From positions 366,232 to 430,231 of the forward strand of contig JACJVV010000001.1 of NCBI GenBank assembly GCA_020637495.1: DNA of 64,000 bases, read 5' to 3'. The notes beneath the pieces were generated by a model, which made no database searches, was not told where the DNA came from, and saw nothing but the letters and a program-made list of their open reading frames with translations. Position 1 is the first letter of the stretch. Each line of letters opens with the position of its first letter. Shown piece by piece: positions 1 through 9,419 of the stretch. A program made the position numbers and the translations under genes. The DNA is from Candidatus Woesearchaeota archaeon (GTDB taxonomy: Archaea > Nanobdellota > Nanobdellia > Woesearchaeales > JACJVV01).

Positions 1-1
1 T

Positions 2-322
2 GGCAGTCTTTTACCTGATATAGATAAACATACTTCTTTCATTGGTCATAAAGCTAAGATATTCTCTTTTTCTTTGGAACTTTTATTTAGACATAGAGGA
101 ATCTTTCATAGCCTATGGGTTGTCTTTTTGCTGTGGTTTATCAACCTAGAATTGTGTCTTGGCTATCTGAGCCATCTTATATTAGATTCGATTAATCCTA
201 AAGGTGTAAAGTTTTTCTGGCCATGGTTCACGATTAATGGCAGAGTAAAGGCTGGTGGGATTGTTGAAAGTTTATTTTTTTTAGTATTCTGCTTACTGGT
301 TCTCATGCTGGTAATATATTAG
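2..322 (+). CDS. DUF457/YdjM-like membrane-bound metal-dependent hydrolase, 5'-truncated by the window edge
   Basis: The reading frame is open from position 2; the listed M at 74 is internal. It has an HRGxxHS-like motif and hydrophobic helices typical of the DUF457 family. Confidence 0.45.
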   Translation, partial: GSLLPDIDKHTSFIGHKAKIFSFSLELLFRHRGIFHSLWVVFLLWFINLELCLGYLSHLILDSINPKGVKFFWPWFTINGRVKAGGIVESLFFLVFCLLVLMLVIY

Positions 323-344
323 TTATCTTTTGTTGGTCATTGGA

Positions 345-434
345 CATTATCATCTTATTCTGAGCTAAATGTGCCAATGGTCATTGGACATATTCATTTC
401 ATTCATAAACCAGTGGCCATGGACCACTGGACAT
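345..434. promoter_or_regulatory. Three direct repeats GGTCATTGGACAT (345-357, 379-391; variant GGACCACTGGACAT 421-434) plus the palindrome CCAGTGGccatggaCCACTGG, followed by a TATA-like ATATATAAA at 446-454
   Basis: Read directly from the sequence; the repeats sit just upstream of the TATA box, and a GGAGG motif precedes the 554 ATG. Confidence 0.4.
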
Positions 435-553
435 GCTGATGTGAGATATATAAAGGGATTGGCTTCACTACTATTTCTCCGCTTTTTGTGAAATCAGCAT
501 ATGCTGACGATGGAAGGCTGAAATAAGATCCGATAAGGAAGGAGGAGATATAA

Positions 554-820
554 ATGGAAAAGACAAATACAGTTGAAACCCAAAAGAATCTACCAGACAA
601 GAGATTCAAAGCTGGTTCTATCACAGCTACAGTATGGCTGAATAACATTGAGAAAGATGGAAAATTGGCATCCTACAGCTCAATTACATTAGAGAGGTCA
701 TACAAGGATAAGGATGGTAATTGGCAGACGACAAACAGTTTCAGATCAAATGATCTGCCTAAGCTTGCTCTAGTTGCTCAGAAGGCGTATGAGCATGTGA
801 TGATGAAAGCTGAAGCTTGA
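554..820 (+). CDS. Small putative ssDNA-binding protein, PC4/YdbC-like fold (tentative)
   Basis: 88 aa; a KDGKLASYSSITLERSYKDKDGNWQTTNSF...LPKLALVAQKAY pattern resembling PC4-family beta-sheet/helix topology; has a Shine-Dalgarno motif; lies immediately upstream of radA. Confidence 0.35.
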   Translation: MEKTNTVETQKNLPDKRFKAGSITATVWLNNIEKDGKLASYSSITLERSYKDKDGNWQTTNSFRSNDLPKLALVAQKAYEHVMMKAEA

Positions 821-870
821 ATCATCGATTGAAGATAAGATAAAAACTTAAATATGTGAGGTTGATAAAT

Positions 871-1890
871 ATGACAAAAGCAGTTTATGAGGAAGAAATG
901 GATATTCCAATCGAAGAGAATTCAGTCGAAAAAGTTGAAACTAAAGCAAAGAGAGCTGAACAAGCAGACATAGGTAATCTACCTGGTGTCGGTCCTGCAA
1001 CAGCAGAAAAATTAAGAGAAAGCGGATATGATACAGTCATGTCTATTGCAGTAGCTACTCCAGGGCTATTGGTTGATGCTTCAGGTGTCAGCGAGACAGT
1101 TGCAAGAAAGATGATAAATGCTGCAAGGGAAGTACTTGATATGGGTTTTGAATCAGGATTAGATGTGCTTCAGAAAAGGCAACGTGTCAATAAAATAACT
1201 ACTGGAAGCAAGGCTTTTGATGATCTGATGGGTGGCGGATTCGAGACGGGCAGCATAACTGAATGTTTCGGTGAATTTGGTTCAGGAAAGACGCAAATAG
1301 GTCATATCTTAGCTGTGAATGTACTTACAGACAATCCGGAAGCGGTTGCAATTTATATTGATACTGAGAATACATTTAGACCTGAGAGGATAACTCAGCT
1401 TGCTGAAGGTAGAGGGTCTGATCCTGAAGACATCCTTAGAAGGATCAAGGTTGCACGAGCATATAATAGTGATCATCAGCTACTATTGGCAGACAAAGTT
1501 GAGGACCTAATCTCAAAGGATGGTATGAATGTCAAGCTTGTTGTTGTGGATAGCCTTACAGCGCATTTTAGGGCTGAGTTCATCGGTCGTGGAACTTTAG
1601 CTGAACGACAGCAGAAGCTGAACAAACATATGCATTCTTTGCTGAAATTGGCAGATCTGCACAATGTATGCGTCTATGTAACAAATCAGGTAATGGCTAA
1701 ACCAGACCAGTTCTTTGGAGATCCAACACAAGCTATAGGCGGGCATATTGTCGCTCACGCTTCAACTTTCAGGGTATATTTAAGGAAAGGGAAGAAAGGA
1801 AGCAGAGTCGCTAAGCTTATCGATAGTCCAAACCTGGTTGAAGGCGAATGTAATTTCATGGTAGAAACTGAAGGTCTTAAGGACCTTTAA
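871..1890 (+). CDS. radA: DNA repair and recombination protein RadA
   Basis: N-terminal HhH ([12 protein letters not shown]), Walker [10 protein letters not shown], and RecA-fold motifs. The ORF track starts at 856; ATG 871 has the better SD spacing. Confidence 0.93.
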   Translation: MTKAVYEEEMDIPIEENSVEKVETKAKRAEQADIGNLPGVGPATAEKLRESGYDTVMSIAVATPGLLVDASGVSETVARKMINAAREVLDMGFESGLDVLQKRQRVNKITTGSKAFDDLMGGGFETGSITECFGEFGSGKTQIGHILAVNVLTDNPEAVAIYIDTENTFRPERITQLAEGRGSDPEDILRRIKVARAYNSDHQLLLADKVEDLISKDGMNVKLVVVDSLTAHFRAEFIGRGTLAERQQKLNKHMHSLLKLADLHNVCVYVTNQVMAKPDQFFGDPTQAIGGHIVAHASTFRVYLRKGKKGSRVAKLIDSPNLVEGECNFMVETEGLKDL

Positions 1891-1936
1891 TTTTTTATTT
1901 TATCTTTATTTATTAAAAAAACAATAAATTACACTT

Positions 1937-2143
1937 TTATGGTGATCCTGGTTTGGCATATAATAGCTGAGGTCTTCCATAATCATCAAAGACCATCGGG
2001 TCATTCTGTGGGCTAGCAACGACAGCACCATGCTTCTTCTCAAGGTCCAATAAGTATTGCCTATCTATACCCAGCCTGTTTGCTCTTTGCTGGGTCTCAT
2101 CTTGTACAACAGTTCCTAAATTGAGATCTTCTTTCTCCTGCAT
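1937..2143 (-). CDS. Hypothetical small protein (68 aa)
   Basis: The only ORF in the radA-TRAM intergenic region; no recognisable motif. Confidence 0.2.
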   Translation of the reverse strand: MQEKEDLNLGTVVQDETQQRANRLGIDRQYLLDLEKKHGAVVASPQNDPMVFDDYGRPQLLYAKPGSP

Positions 2144-2276
2144 TATACCACCTGTAGATGAAGTTATTGCTAGTTATTTAAATTTTAGCATTTGCATAAA
2201 GTATATAAATGGTCTTGGAAGATTAATACTATTGCATGGGCAACTGTGCGTAAATAAGTAAATGAGGTAAATAAGT

Positions 2277-2627
2277 ATGAGACAAAATTTTAGAACACCA
2301 CCAGTCAATGTAGGTGACGAATTAGATGTACAGATTGAAGCTGTAGGCGAGAAAGGCGATGGTATTGCAAAGAAGGAAGGATTTGTTATCTTCGTTCCGA
2401 ATACACAGCAAGGCCAGACAGTAAGAGTCAAAGTGAACAAAGTATTGAGAAAAGTAGCATTCGGAGAAGTTGTCGGAGATGCTTCAGGACCAGTAGAATC
2501 ATCCTCTCAAGATGAGCAGGAAGATGATATGGTAGAAGAGGACACTGCTGAAGATGCTGAGTCTGAACCTGTTTCTGAAGATTCTGAAGATTTCGGAATG
2601 GATGATGACGAAGAGAACAAAGATTAA
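2277..2627 (+). CDS. TRAM-domain protein with an acidic C-terminal tail
   Basis: Archaeal TRAM signature DVQIEAVGEKGDGIAKKEGFVIFVPNTQQGQTVRVKVNKV followed by a D/E-rich tail. Confidence 0.7.
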   Translation: MRQNFRTPPVNVGDELDVQIEAVGEKGDGIAKKEGFVIFVPNTQQGQTVRVKVNKVLRKVAFGEVVGDASGPVESSSQDEQEDDMVEEDTAEDAESEPVSEDSEDFGMDDDEENKD

Positions 2628-2670
2628 TCCTAAGTTTCATTATTTCTTTTTTTAATTATTCCTTATGAAT

Positions 2671-4887
2671 TCATTTCTGATCATATTTCTCATCAATGAT
2701 ATTCTTGATCTTAGAAGCAATACTCTTCCCTACTTTTTCGACCTTCTGCAACTCATCTTCAGAAGCATTCATAACTTCCTTAACTGATCCAAATGTCTTC
2801 AATAGTTCTTTCGCAAGATTAGGGCCTACATTAGGCAATGATGAAACAATGTATTCTTTCTGTTCTGAGCTTGTCAGTGGTTTCTTTGTCTGATGCAATG
2901 ATATCTCAGACTGCTTATTGTCTTGTTCTCTCTTGGCTATTGCAAGAATAGTCTCAGCAGTGTCATTCGGATCCTGTGTATATATTATAGGTATCCTGAA
3001 ATCAACAGTTATTGCCGCAATAAGGCCACGGATTGCATTAGGGTGTATGTTCCTAACCCCAAAGATGCTTTCTTTTCCCTCAACGATCACTAGGGGTCTT
3101 TCAAAGTTCTTTACAAGTGATGCAGCCTGGCTTAGTAATCTTCCGTCCACCAAGCTAGCTATGAAATCCTCAACCTTCTTGTATTCTATGCCTGTCCTGC
3201 TGCTGACTATGTAATCTGCAGTCTCAAGTTGCTTAAGCTTTACTTCAGCCCCTATATCAATTAGGCGTTTTGGGATATCATTCCCTTTTTCCCTATTGTC
3301 GACGTAGATTGTTGGTTTGTTAGCCTCAAAGCTTGACAATGTAGCTTGCTTTTTCAATGTGAATTCATGGTGGAACGTATCCTTGAGCTTCTTTAGTATC
3401 ATATGCATCCTTTTCTCTTTGTGATGCGCACTCCATCTATACGCTTCATCCCTAGTGTCTTTTGTCATGAGGATGGTTACTTGGCCTTTGTCCTGTCTTC
3501 CAGTCCTTCCTCGACGTTGTATGTGACGTATTGCACTAGGTATCGGCTCATAGAATATGACCAGGTCCACTTTTGGGATATCCAATCCTTCTTCCCCAAC
3601 AGAGGTCATAATGATTGTATTGAACTCATTGTTCTTGAAATCTTCAAGCATCTTTATCTGCTCTTTCTGGGACATCCCTGTCGTCCCCTTCTTCTGCTGT
3701 CCGACGAAAAGCTTGGCATCCACATTTGATAGTTTACTTATCTCCTCCAGAATCATCTGTGCACTATCCCTGAACTGATTGAAGATGATGACTTTGAATC
3801 CTTCTGACGTGTTCTTTGGAGGGATCTTCTCTTTGAGGATCTCTTTCAGACGTATAAGTTTTGGATGCTGGATGTTCTCTTTTATTGCATTCTCTGTCTT
3901 TATCAAAGCAGACCTGAAGTTTATATCCTTGACCAAATTTATGACAGCTTTTGTTTTTGTCGTGTGGGATTGTCGTTGAAGGTCATTCAAGTAATTGTGC
4001 AATGGTATCAGGCCCTGTGTCTCAAGAAGCTCCAATGCATGCTGTATTTTCAATGCTTCTGCTGCAATGCTTATCGCTTTCATAACATCGAAATCTTGAC
4101 GATTGCGTGAAAGTTCAGCGTGTAAACCAGCTTGAAGACCTAAAAGGTCTTTTTTTGACATCTCTGTTATAGAATGAACATACCCTTTTGCCTTAAGCTG
4201 TTCCATCTTTGACTTGTAGCAATCCTTAAGATATTTCTGGATTGCCTTAAGCTCGTCTGGAAACTCCACTTTTTCCCAATTTATCTCAATATCCTGTATA
4301 TATGGCTTGACGTCAGGATCCTGGTCAGATCGTAACTCAACATCTTCTATGAACAGGTTCTTGCAAACTTCATTTATCTTCTCCATGTCTGAGCCAGGAG
4401 ATGCAGTCATTGCAATTATCCTCGGGAATCTGCTTAATTGATGGTATTTTTTAGCTATCCATACATAACTGTAATCACCTACTGCACGATGCGCCTCATC
4501 AAAACCGAGCAAAGATACTTCTTTTAGAGAGATACGATTATTGATTATGTCATTCTCAAGACCTTGAGGCGTGGAGAAGATTATTGTCGCTTCCTTCCAT
4601 TGCTCTTGCCTTTTCTCAGGTTTCACTTGGCCAGTGAATGTGATCAACTTTTCCGTCGGGATATCAAAGAACTTCTCAAATACATTGCGATATTGGTCAA
4701 TGAGTGGCCTAGTTGGTCCGAGCATGAGTATCTTGCTGTTAGGATATTGTCTCAGACGCTGTGCTGCAAGCATTAGGAATATATTCGTCTTTCCCATACC
4801 TGTTGGAAGCACTACAAGCGTATTCTTAAGCGATGCTGTAGCTAGGATTGTCTGCTGATACAACCTTGGTTCGAAGTTCTTTATCAT
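2671..4887 (-). CDS. hef: Hef-type helicase-nuclease (DEAH helicase + ERCC4/XPF nuclease + HhH2)
   Basis: Walker A PTGMGKT, DEAH box (GFDEAHRA), helicase C motifs (QRRGRTGR), then an ERCC4 nuclease (VDNREK...VSSRTGIEYKKVEDF...VIVEGK) and a C-terminal HhH pair (LPNVGPNLAKELL). Confidence 0.85.
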   Translation of the reverse strand: MIKNFEPRLYQQTILATASLKNTLVVLPTGMGKTNIFLMLAAQRLRQYPNSKILMLGPTRPLIDQYRNVFEKFFDIPTEKLITFTGQVKPEKRQEQWKEATIIFSTPQGLENDIINNRISLKEVSLLGFDEAHRAVGDYSYVWIAKKYHQLSRFPRIIAMTASPGSDMEKINEVCKNLFIEDVELRSDQDPDVKPYIQDIEINWEKVEFPDELKAIQKYLKDCYKSKMEQLKAKGYVHSITEMSKKDLLGLQAGLHAELSRNRQDFDVMKAISIAAEALKIQHALELLETQGLIPLHNYLNDLQRQSHTTKTKAVINLVKDINFRSALIKTENAIKENIQHPKLIRLKEILKEKIPPKNTSEGFKVIIFNQFRDSAQMILEEISKLSNVDAKLFVGQQKKGTTGMSQKEQIKMLEDFKNNEFNTIIMTSVGEEGLDIPKVDLVIFYEPIPSAIRHIQRRGRTGRQDKGQVTILMTKDTRDEAYRWSAHHKEKRMHMILKKLKDTFHHEFTLKKQATLSSFEANKPTIYVDNREKGNDIPKRLIDIGAEVKLKQLETADYIVSSRTGIEYKKVEDFIASLVDGRLLSQAASLVKNFERPLVIVEGKESIFGVRNIHPNAIRGLIAAITVDFRIPIIYTQDPNDTAETILAIAKREQDNKQSEISLHQTKKPLTSSEQKEYIVSSLPNVGPNLAKELLKTFGSVKEVMNASEDELQKVEKVGKSIASKIKNIIDEKYDQK

Positions 4888-4970
4888 ATATCTCCTAAGA
4901 GAATAAATGGTATATGTGTTTAAATATATTTATCGTGTGGATGTCCAATGAGGAGAGAATCAGGCGATAC

Positions 4971-5555
4971 TTAATAATCATGACCTGGTGCGATTATAGG
5001 CTTATGCTTCTCTATGAGTTCAAAAACCTTGTTTACACTACTCTGCATAATCTCTGGTTGACTAGTAGGCAGATCAGTCCTTCCAAAACAATGGTTATTG
5101 AAATAGGTATCACCTGTAAAAAGGATGTTTTCTGATCTTAGGTATAATGTAATGCAGCTCTTGCAATGTCCTGGTGTCATGTAGATATCAAACATTTCTT
5201 TCAACTGTTCATCCTGAGTAATGTCTTTTAGCTTAACATCAAATTCTTTATTTGTCTGAGGATTGAGTATGAAATTAATCCTTTCTTCATCAGTTATGCA
5301 CATTGCAGCAGGGCTTGCAAAGAATTCTGCATCAGGGAATAGATCAACATTACCTATATGATCATAATGAAGATGTGTGAGGATGACTTTCTTGATATCT
5401 TCCGGACTGATAAATTTACGGACTGTCTGCTTAAGATCTTCCTTGTATTCTTTTTGTGTTGTGTCGATTATAATCTTCTTGTCAAGGATGATATATACAC
5501 AAGGATCTGTAAGTATCTTTACTACATTTTCAGTCAGTTTCTCTGTCTTGAGCAT
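4971..5555 (-). CDS. MBL-fold metallo-hydrolase
   Basis: HLHYDH (HxHxDH) motif; a typical 190-aa MBL core. Confidence 0.7.
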   Translation of the reverse strand: MLKTEKLTENVVKILTDPCVYIILDKKIIIDTTQKEYKEDLKQTVRKFISPEDIKKVILTHLHYDHIGNVDLFPDAEFFASPAAMCITDEERINFILNPQTNKEFDVKLKDITQDEQLKEMFDIYMTPGHCKSCITLYLRSENILFTGDTYFNNHCFGRTDLPTSQPEIMQSSVNKVFELIEKHKPIIAPGHDY

Positions 5556-5568
5556 CTTACATCGACCT

Positions 5569-5934
5569 CTAGAAATCTATTGCTTTTATGTAACCTTTAG
5601 AATGTGCATAGTAACTTGCAATTATTCCAATTACATAAATAAATAATGTAAGGAAAGGTGTTATGCGTGGGTTTCCATATGGCGTGAAAAGGCTTCCTAT
5701 TACAAACCCTATCATGAACAATGTGATTATCATGAAATACTTGAACTGCAATGTATTTCTTGTGTTGTACCATAGTCTTCCGAAGAATATGCCTGTCAGT
5801 AAAGCTATGACATAATACATAAACGCGGAACCTGCAAAGAATGATAATATGAATCCAATAATCAAACATATGGTTGCAATTGTTTCAGGCCATGATAAGC
5901 TCTTATAGCTGGGATGAGGTATGAATCTGCTCAT
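5569..5934 (-). CDS. Integral membrane protein, translationally coupled to the upstream S2P-like gene
   Basis: Hydrophobic throughout. The internal Met codon (5934-5932) overlaps the upstream gene's stop by 2 nt as ATGA; the ORF track's longer 5569..6000 form overlaps that gene by 70 nt. Confidence 0.35.
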   Translation of the reverse strand: MSRFIPHPSYKSLSWPETIATICLIIGFILSFFAGSAFMYYVIALLTGIFFGRLWYNTRNTLQFKYFMIITLFMIGFVIGSLFTPYGNPRITPFLTLFIYVIGIIASYYAHSKGYIKAIDF

Positions 5935-6662
5935 GCTGCTTCCACCTTGATATAATACCACAACCACAGAAGCAATGCGATGAGCAATGCCAATATCCAC
6001 GAGAATACACCAAATGCAGCAAGTATTGCATATGCTACCATGAAGGAAAAGATGAAGATGAATGGCAATCTGCTATTATAGATGAGCTTGGAACCTGCTA
6101 GAGGAGGTATTGGTATCATATTGACCAATGCAAAGATAAGAGCAAAGAAGTATATCTTGTCGATGATAGGTATTCCAGCAGGAGGCCCGAACCAGTTTGC
6201 TATCTGCTTCAGCACTGTTCCGAAGATGACTGTAGCTAATGGTCCAGATGCTGCTATAATCCCATTATCAAGCATGTTAAGACCATACCTGAAGAATCCT
6301 AGGCGGTGCCCTGACATATGATGAACAAGCATTCCTCCTGCGATAGGTATCCATATATGGCCTCTTGCGATGAAGGTTATTATCAGTGCAAGTATCAGCC
6401 CAGGCCACCACATCTGAAATTCTACACGATATCCTGCTGAAAGCCCTGCAATCCTTTGCCCAGTCAGGAAAACGATCATCACTATAGCGACTATACCGAC
6501 ACTGACAAGAAGATTATATGACCAATGTATCAGGTTGAACTCATCAGCTCCATCATTGAATCCAAACATGAATCCTATTATCAATATTGTGAGGACAATA
6601 TTCCTTGCCTCAAGAAGCGTAAATGGGAAATATTTGTTGATCTTGTCTGAGTAGTTGCTCAT
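5931..6662 (-). CDS. Site-2-protease (M50)-like polytopic membrane protein with a degenerate active site
   Basis: NMIPIPPLAGSKL matches the S2P NxxPxxPLDG motif but has Ala in place of Asp. The HExxH position reads HHMSGH, with no Glu; multiple TM helices. Confidence 0.45.
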   Translation of the reverse strand: MSNYSDKINKYFPFTLLEARNIVLTILIIGFMFGFNDGADEFNLIHWSYNLLVSVGIVAIVMIVFLTGQRIAGLSAGYRVEFQMWWPGLILALIITFIARGHIWIPIAGGMLVHHMSGHRLGFFRYGLNMLDNGIIAASGPLATVIFGTVLKQIANWFGPPAGIPIIDKIYFFALIFALVNMIPIPPLAGSKLIYNSRLPFIFIFSFMVAYAILAAFGVFSWILALLIALLLWLWYYIKVEAA

Positions 6663-6745
6663 GGTTAAATACTTGGTTCAGATATTTAAATAGTTTTTTG
6701 AAAGTATATGTTGGAGAATCAATAGGTTCTGGTTCAGTCTGAGGT

Positions 6746-7495
6746 TTAACTTGAATGTGTATAGGTGTATGAAACATTATTACCTGATTGCTTTGCTATT
6801 GCTGACACATCAGGTATCTCAATATTCTTCATGTATTTCTTTATTAAGCTCAATATCTCATCCTCATGGCCTGCTCCTATAACTGCCATGATCTTCTTGT
6901 CCGGTTGCGTTTTTAATATCAAGGCAAGTTTTCTTGCCATCACTTCATTCCTTTCCTTGACGAGTATCCTGATCACATTAGGGTATCTTCTCTTCGTCTT
7001 ACTTATGAGTTTCTTGATCACTTTCTCAGTCGGGACAGCATTTAGGTCAAAGTCTATCTTCTCTTTCTTCCTTAAAACAAGGCCATTGAAAAGATCGACA
7101 ATGAAATTCCATTTCTCTCTCCATGATATCCCTTTTGATAATCTCTTCAATGTTATCTGGATATCTTGGTCAATAAGTGCAATCTCTTTCTTGTTCTTCC
7201 TTGCAAGATTGACAGCAGTTATCATATCACTGCCGGGCTTCACCTGGACTATATCCCCAAGCTTCTTCTCTGCCCAATGTCCGATCAAGTAGAAGATGTA
7301 ACCTTGGATGCCTACTTCAAAGATACCTTTGAAGGAAAATCTCTGCTTTTTTGGTTTTGATATGAGCGTCAGAAGCCTTCTCTTGTCAAGCTCAACAGCT
7401 ACAAGATCAGGGTCATAAGAGATGAATGCTTCTTCTATCTCCTTTATAGATTCTATCGCGATATGGGACGTGCCTATTAACTTTAGATTCTTCAT
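6746..7495 (-). CDS. TraB/PrgY-family protein
   Basis: GTSHIAIESIKEI...DPDLVAVELD is the N-terminal signature of the TraB/GumN family. Confidence 0.65.
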   Translation of the reverse strand: MKNLKLIGTSHIAIESIKEIEEAFISYDPDLVAVELDKRRLLTLISKPKKQRFSFKGIFEVGIQGYIFYLIGHWAEKKLGDIVQVKPGSDMITAVNLARKNKKEIALIDQDIQITLKRLSKGISWREKWNFIVDLFNGLVLRKKEKIDFDLNAVPTEKVIKKLISKTKRRYPNVIRILVKERNEVMARKLALILKTQPDKKIMAVIGAGHEDEILSLIKKYMKNIEIPDVSAIAKQSGNNVSYTYTHSS

Positions 7496-7598
7496 TTTGC
7501 AGAATAAACAGGATTGTATTATATAATTAATGAAAAAAACTAGAAATAATGTATTTACTTGTAAAAAATATAACAGAAAATATCTCTAAGAAAAAAAA

Positions 7599-7877
7599 TT
7601 ATTCTTCGTCAGCTTCTTCTTCCTGGTTATAGCTTGGGACTGCAGCTTTGCTGATTATCATTATATCACCAATGCTCTTTACAAGCTGATGAGGAACAAT
7701 GACTCCTTTAGCTGAGCCTAGAACCTTATTCAAGAATGAATTCTTAGTACTTCTTACTCTCCATCCAAAAACCTTGTTTTGAGTAAGGATTGATTCTTCA
7801 ACATCTCCGAAATAATCACCAGTATCAGTAAAGACCTTCATTTCATAGGATTCTGAGATACGCTTCATCTTTAACAT
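7599..7877 (-). CDS. PRC-barrel domain protein
   Basis: 92 aa with an ...DTGDYFGDVEESIL...GWRV pattern and an acidic tail, as in archaeal PRC-barrel proteins. Confidence 0.45.
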   Translation of the reverse strand: MLKMKRISESYEMKVFTDTGDYFGDVEESILTQNKVFGWRVRSTKNSFLNKVLGSAKGVIVPHQLVKSIGDIMIISKAAVPSYNQEEEADEE

Positions 7878-8165
7878 TCATGATCACCTTTATTCATGTT
7901 GGAAATCACTATATATAAAGATTTCCATTATCTGAATTGAATCATACCAGCCATCTCATTGTATCTAGAGCTGTATAAGGGATTAAAAACATGTTTGGGT
8001 AAAAACCCTGTTGGATATTTTTGGACCCCCTTTGCACTGCTCTACTAGACATGGATGGCCAATATCTATCATATTTATTTCTCTGGATGGTTTATAAATA
8101 TTACTGGACTTGGTAAGCGATATACAATCTGCTCTAATTCTCTAGAATTCAAATACATAGTGCGA

Positions 8166-8585
8166 TCAACACATCTCTACGGCTTCGGCTAGACTGTATA
8201 GTCCTGTCTTCAGGACTGCTTTTTCAGTTATTTTATGGTGGACAGCAGGTTTCAATATCCATTTATTCTCTTGAGAAGATTGTGGATTGACGAACATCAT
8301 CGTGAGGAATGAATAATCAACTATACTATCCCATTCTTTCACCATGAGGTCGATATTGGCTTTTTTATTGAGTGAAACTAAATATAGCCTTTCATCTTTC
8401 TTGTATGGCCTAATTATCTCCTCATATGATAAAGGATTCTCCTCTATAATGCATATCTCTCTTGTACCATCCTTGTTTGTGATAGTGATGATGCCATCTT
8501 TCTCCTCGAGCTTGTCTATCTTCTTCAACATCAAGTCCCGGTTCTTTCGATAGAACATATACCACTGCTTCAAGTTTTCTGTCAT
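8166..8585 (-). CDS. Hypothetical protein (139 aa)
   Basis: Long ORF with coding-like composition; no motif recognised. Confidence 0.4.
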   Translation of the reverse strand: MTENLKQWYMFYRKNRDLMLKKIDKLEEKDGIITITNKDGTREICIIEENPLSYEEIIRPYKKDERLYLVSLNKKANIDLMVKEWDSIVDYSFLTMMFVNPQSSQENKWILKPAVHHKITEKAVLKTGLYSLAEAVEMC

Positions 8586-8608
8586 AGCTAAAAGTTCAAG
8601 AAAGGGAT

Positions 8609-9142
8609 TTATATATATTTTGCAAGAAAAGCTATGAGATTATCTTTTGTTGCGTGATGATTATCAGAATACATTAAGCTTTTTTGGGAAATAAGCTTAT
8701 GCAATGGATGTGGATGTTGGACATACCTAAATTTTCCTTCTTTATTTGTTTCTATTGTTATAGCAGATAATGTTGCTGATTCTCTATAAGGAGCTATTCC
8801 ATAAGGTACATTTTCTTCACATTCATTGAAATATACTGTTGAACTCATCAATCTAATTGAATCACTTATTTCTCCTTCGATATTAAATGGTTCTCCATCT
8901 TCTTTTATGAATAACGATTCAAGAGTAAATCTATGGAATGCTGTACTAATAGGTCTTTCACCGAACACAATTACGCAACCGTGTGTTTTTTGAGGCGAAC
9001 TTGATCGTAATGAAAAAGTATCTCTATTGTATATATTGATTCCATTTATTAATTCAGTATCTTTTGTTGTATCTTCTTCCTCAACTAAGAAATATTTAGA
9101 TGCAGATCCTGGTCCAGGAGGTAATATCATACTTTTTCGCAT
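8609..9142 (-). CDS. Hypothetical protein (177 aa)
   Basis: Long ORF adjacent to and co-oriented with the 139-aa ORF; no motif recognised. Confidence 0.4.
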   Translation of the reverse strand: MRKSMILPPGPGSASKYFLVEEEDTTKDTELINGINIYNRDTFSLRSSSPQKTHGCVIVFGERPISTAFHRFTLESLFIKEDGEPFNIEGEISDSIRLMSSTVYFNECEENVPYGIAPYRESATLSAITIETNKEGKFRYVQHPHPLHKLISQKSLMYSDNHHATKDNLIAFLAKYI

Positions 9143-9207
9143 ATCAATGGAGTTATTATTGTTGTTTTAAGCTTATCTATCTAAGAATGGCTTTTTTTTA
9201 CTTTAAT

Positions 9208-9300
9208 CGATAGGAACAGAACTAAAGTTCTTACTTATCTCATTAAATTTTGATAGGAACAGAACTAAAGTTCTTACCTATCTCACTAAATTTCGATAGG
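9208..9300. repeat. 43-bp tandem direct repeat x2 plus a 7-bp third start; each unit contains the inverted repeat AGAACtaaaGTTCT
   Basis: 9208-9250 and 9251-9293 differ at 4 positions; the repeat runs directly into TTTATAAA (9301-9308), the presumed TATA box of the S13 operon. Confidence 0.8.
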
Positions 9301-9419
9301 TTTATAAACAAAAGCCGATTTTCTGAAGAGTAAGAGCCCGAGTTAACGCGCCTGAGGGTTTGAACAGCGTGTTCTTTAGCTCTTGAAAATATCAAAAAAT
9401 CCAATAAATACATTCAAAA

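Noticed and set aside
403-648. 81-aa minus-strand ORF
   Set aside because: It overlaps the direct-repeat/palindrome promoter region and the start of the plus-strand PC4-like gene, and has hydrophobic low-complexity composition. It is more likely a non-coding regulatory region.
2174-2640. Two minus-strand ORFs (88 aa and 70 aa) antisense to the TRAM gene
   Set aside because: They are antisense to a well-supported TRAM-domain CDS and have no motifs; typical AT-rich spurious frames.
9208-9300. CRISPR array
   Set aside because: There are only two and a fraction directly abutting repeat copies with no spacers. No CRISPR-like repeat-spacer periodicity was seen anywhere in the window.
9311-9395. 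Possible tRNA or C/D-box sRNA in the GC-rich segment upstream of rps13
   Set aside because: Only a single 6-bp-stem hairpin of ~50 nt can be drawn, with no cloverleaf and no UGAUGA C-box. It is treated as a structured leader instead.
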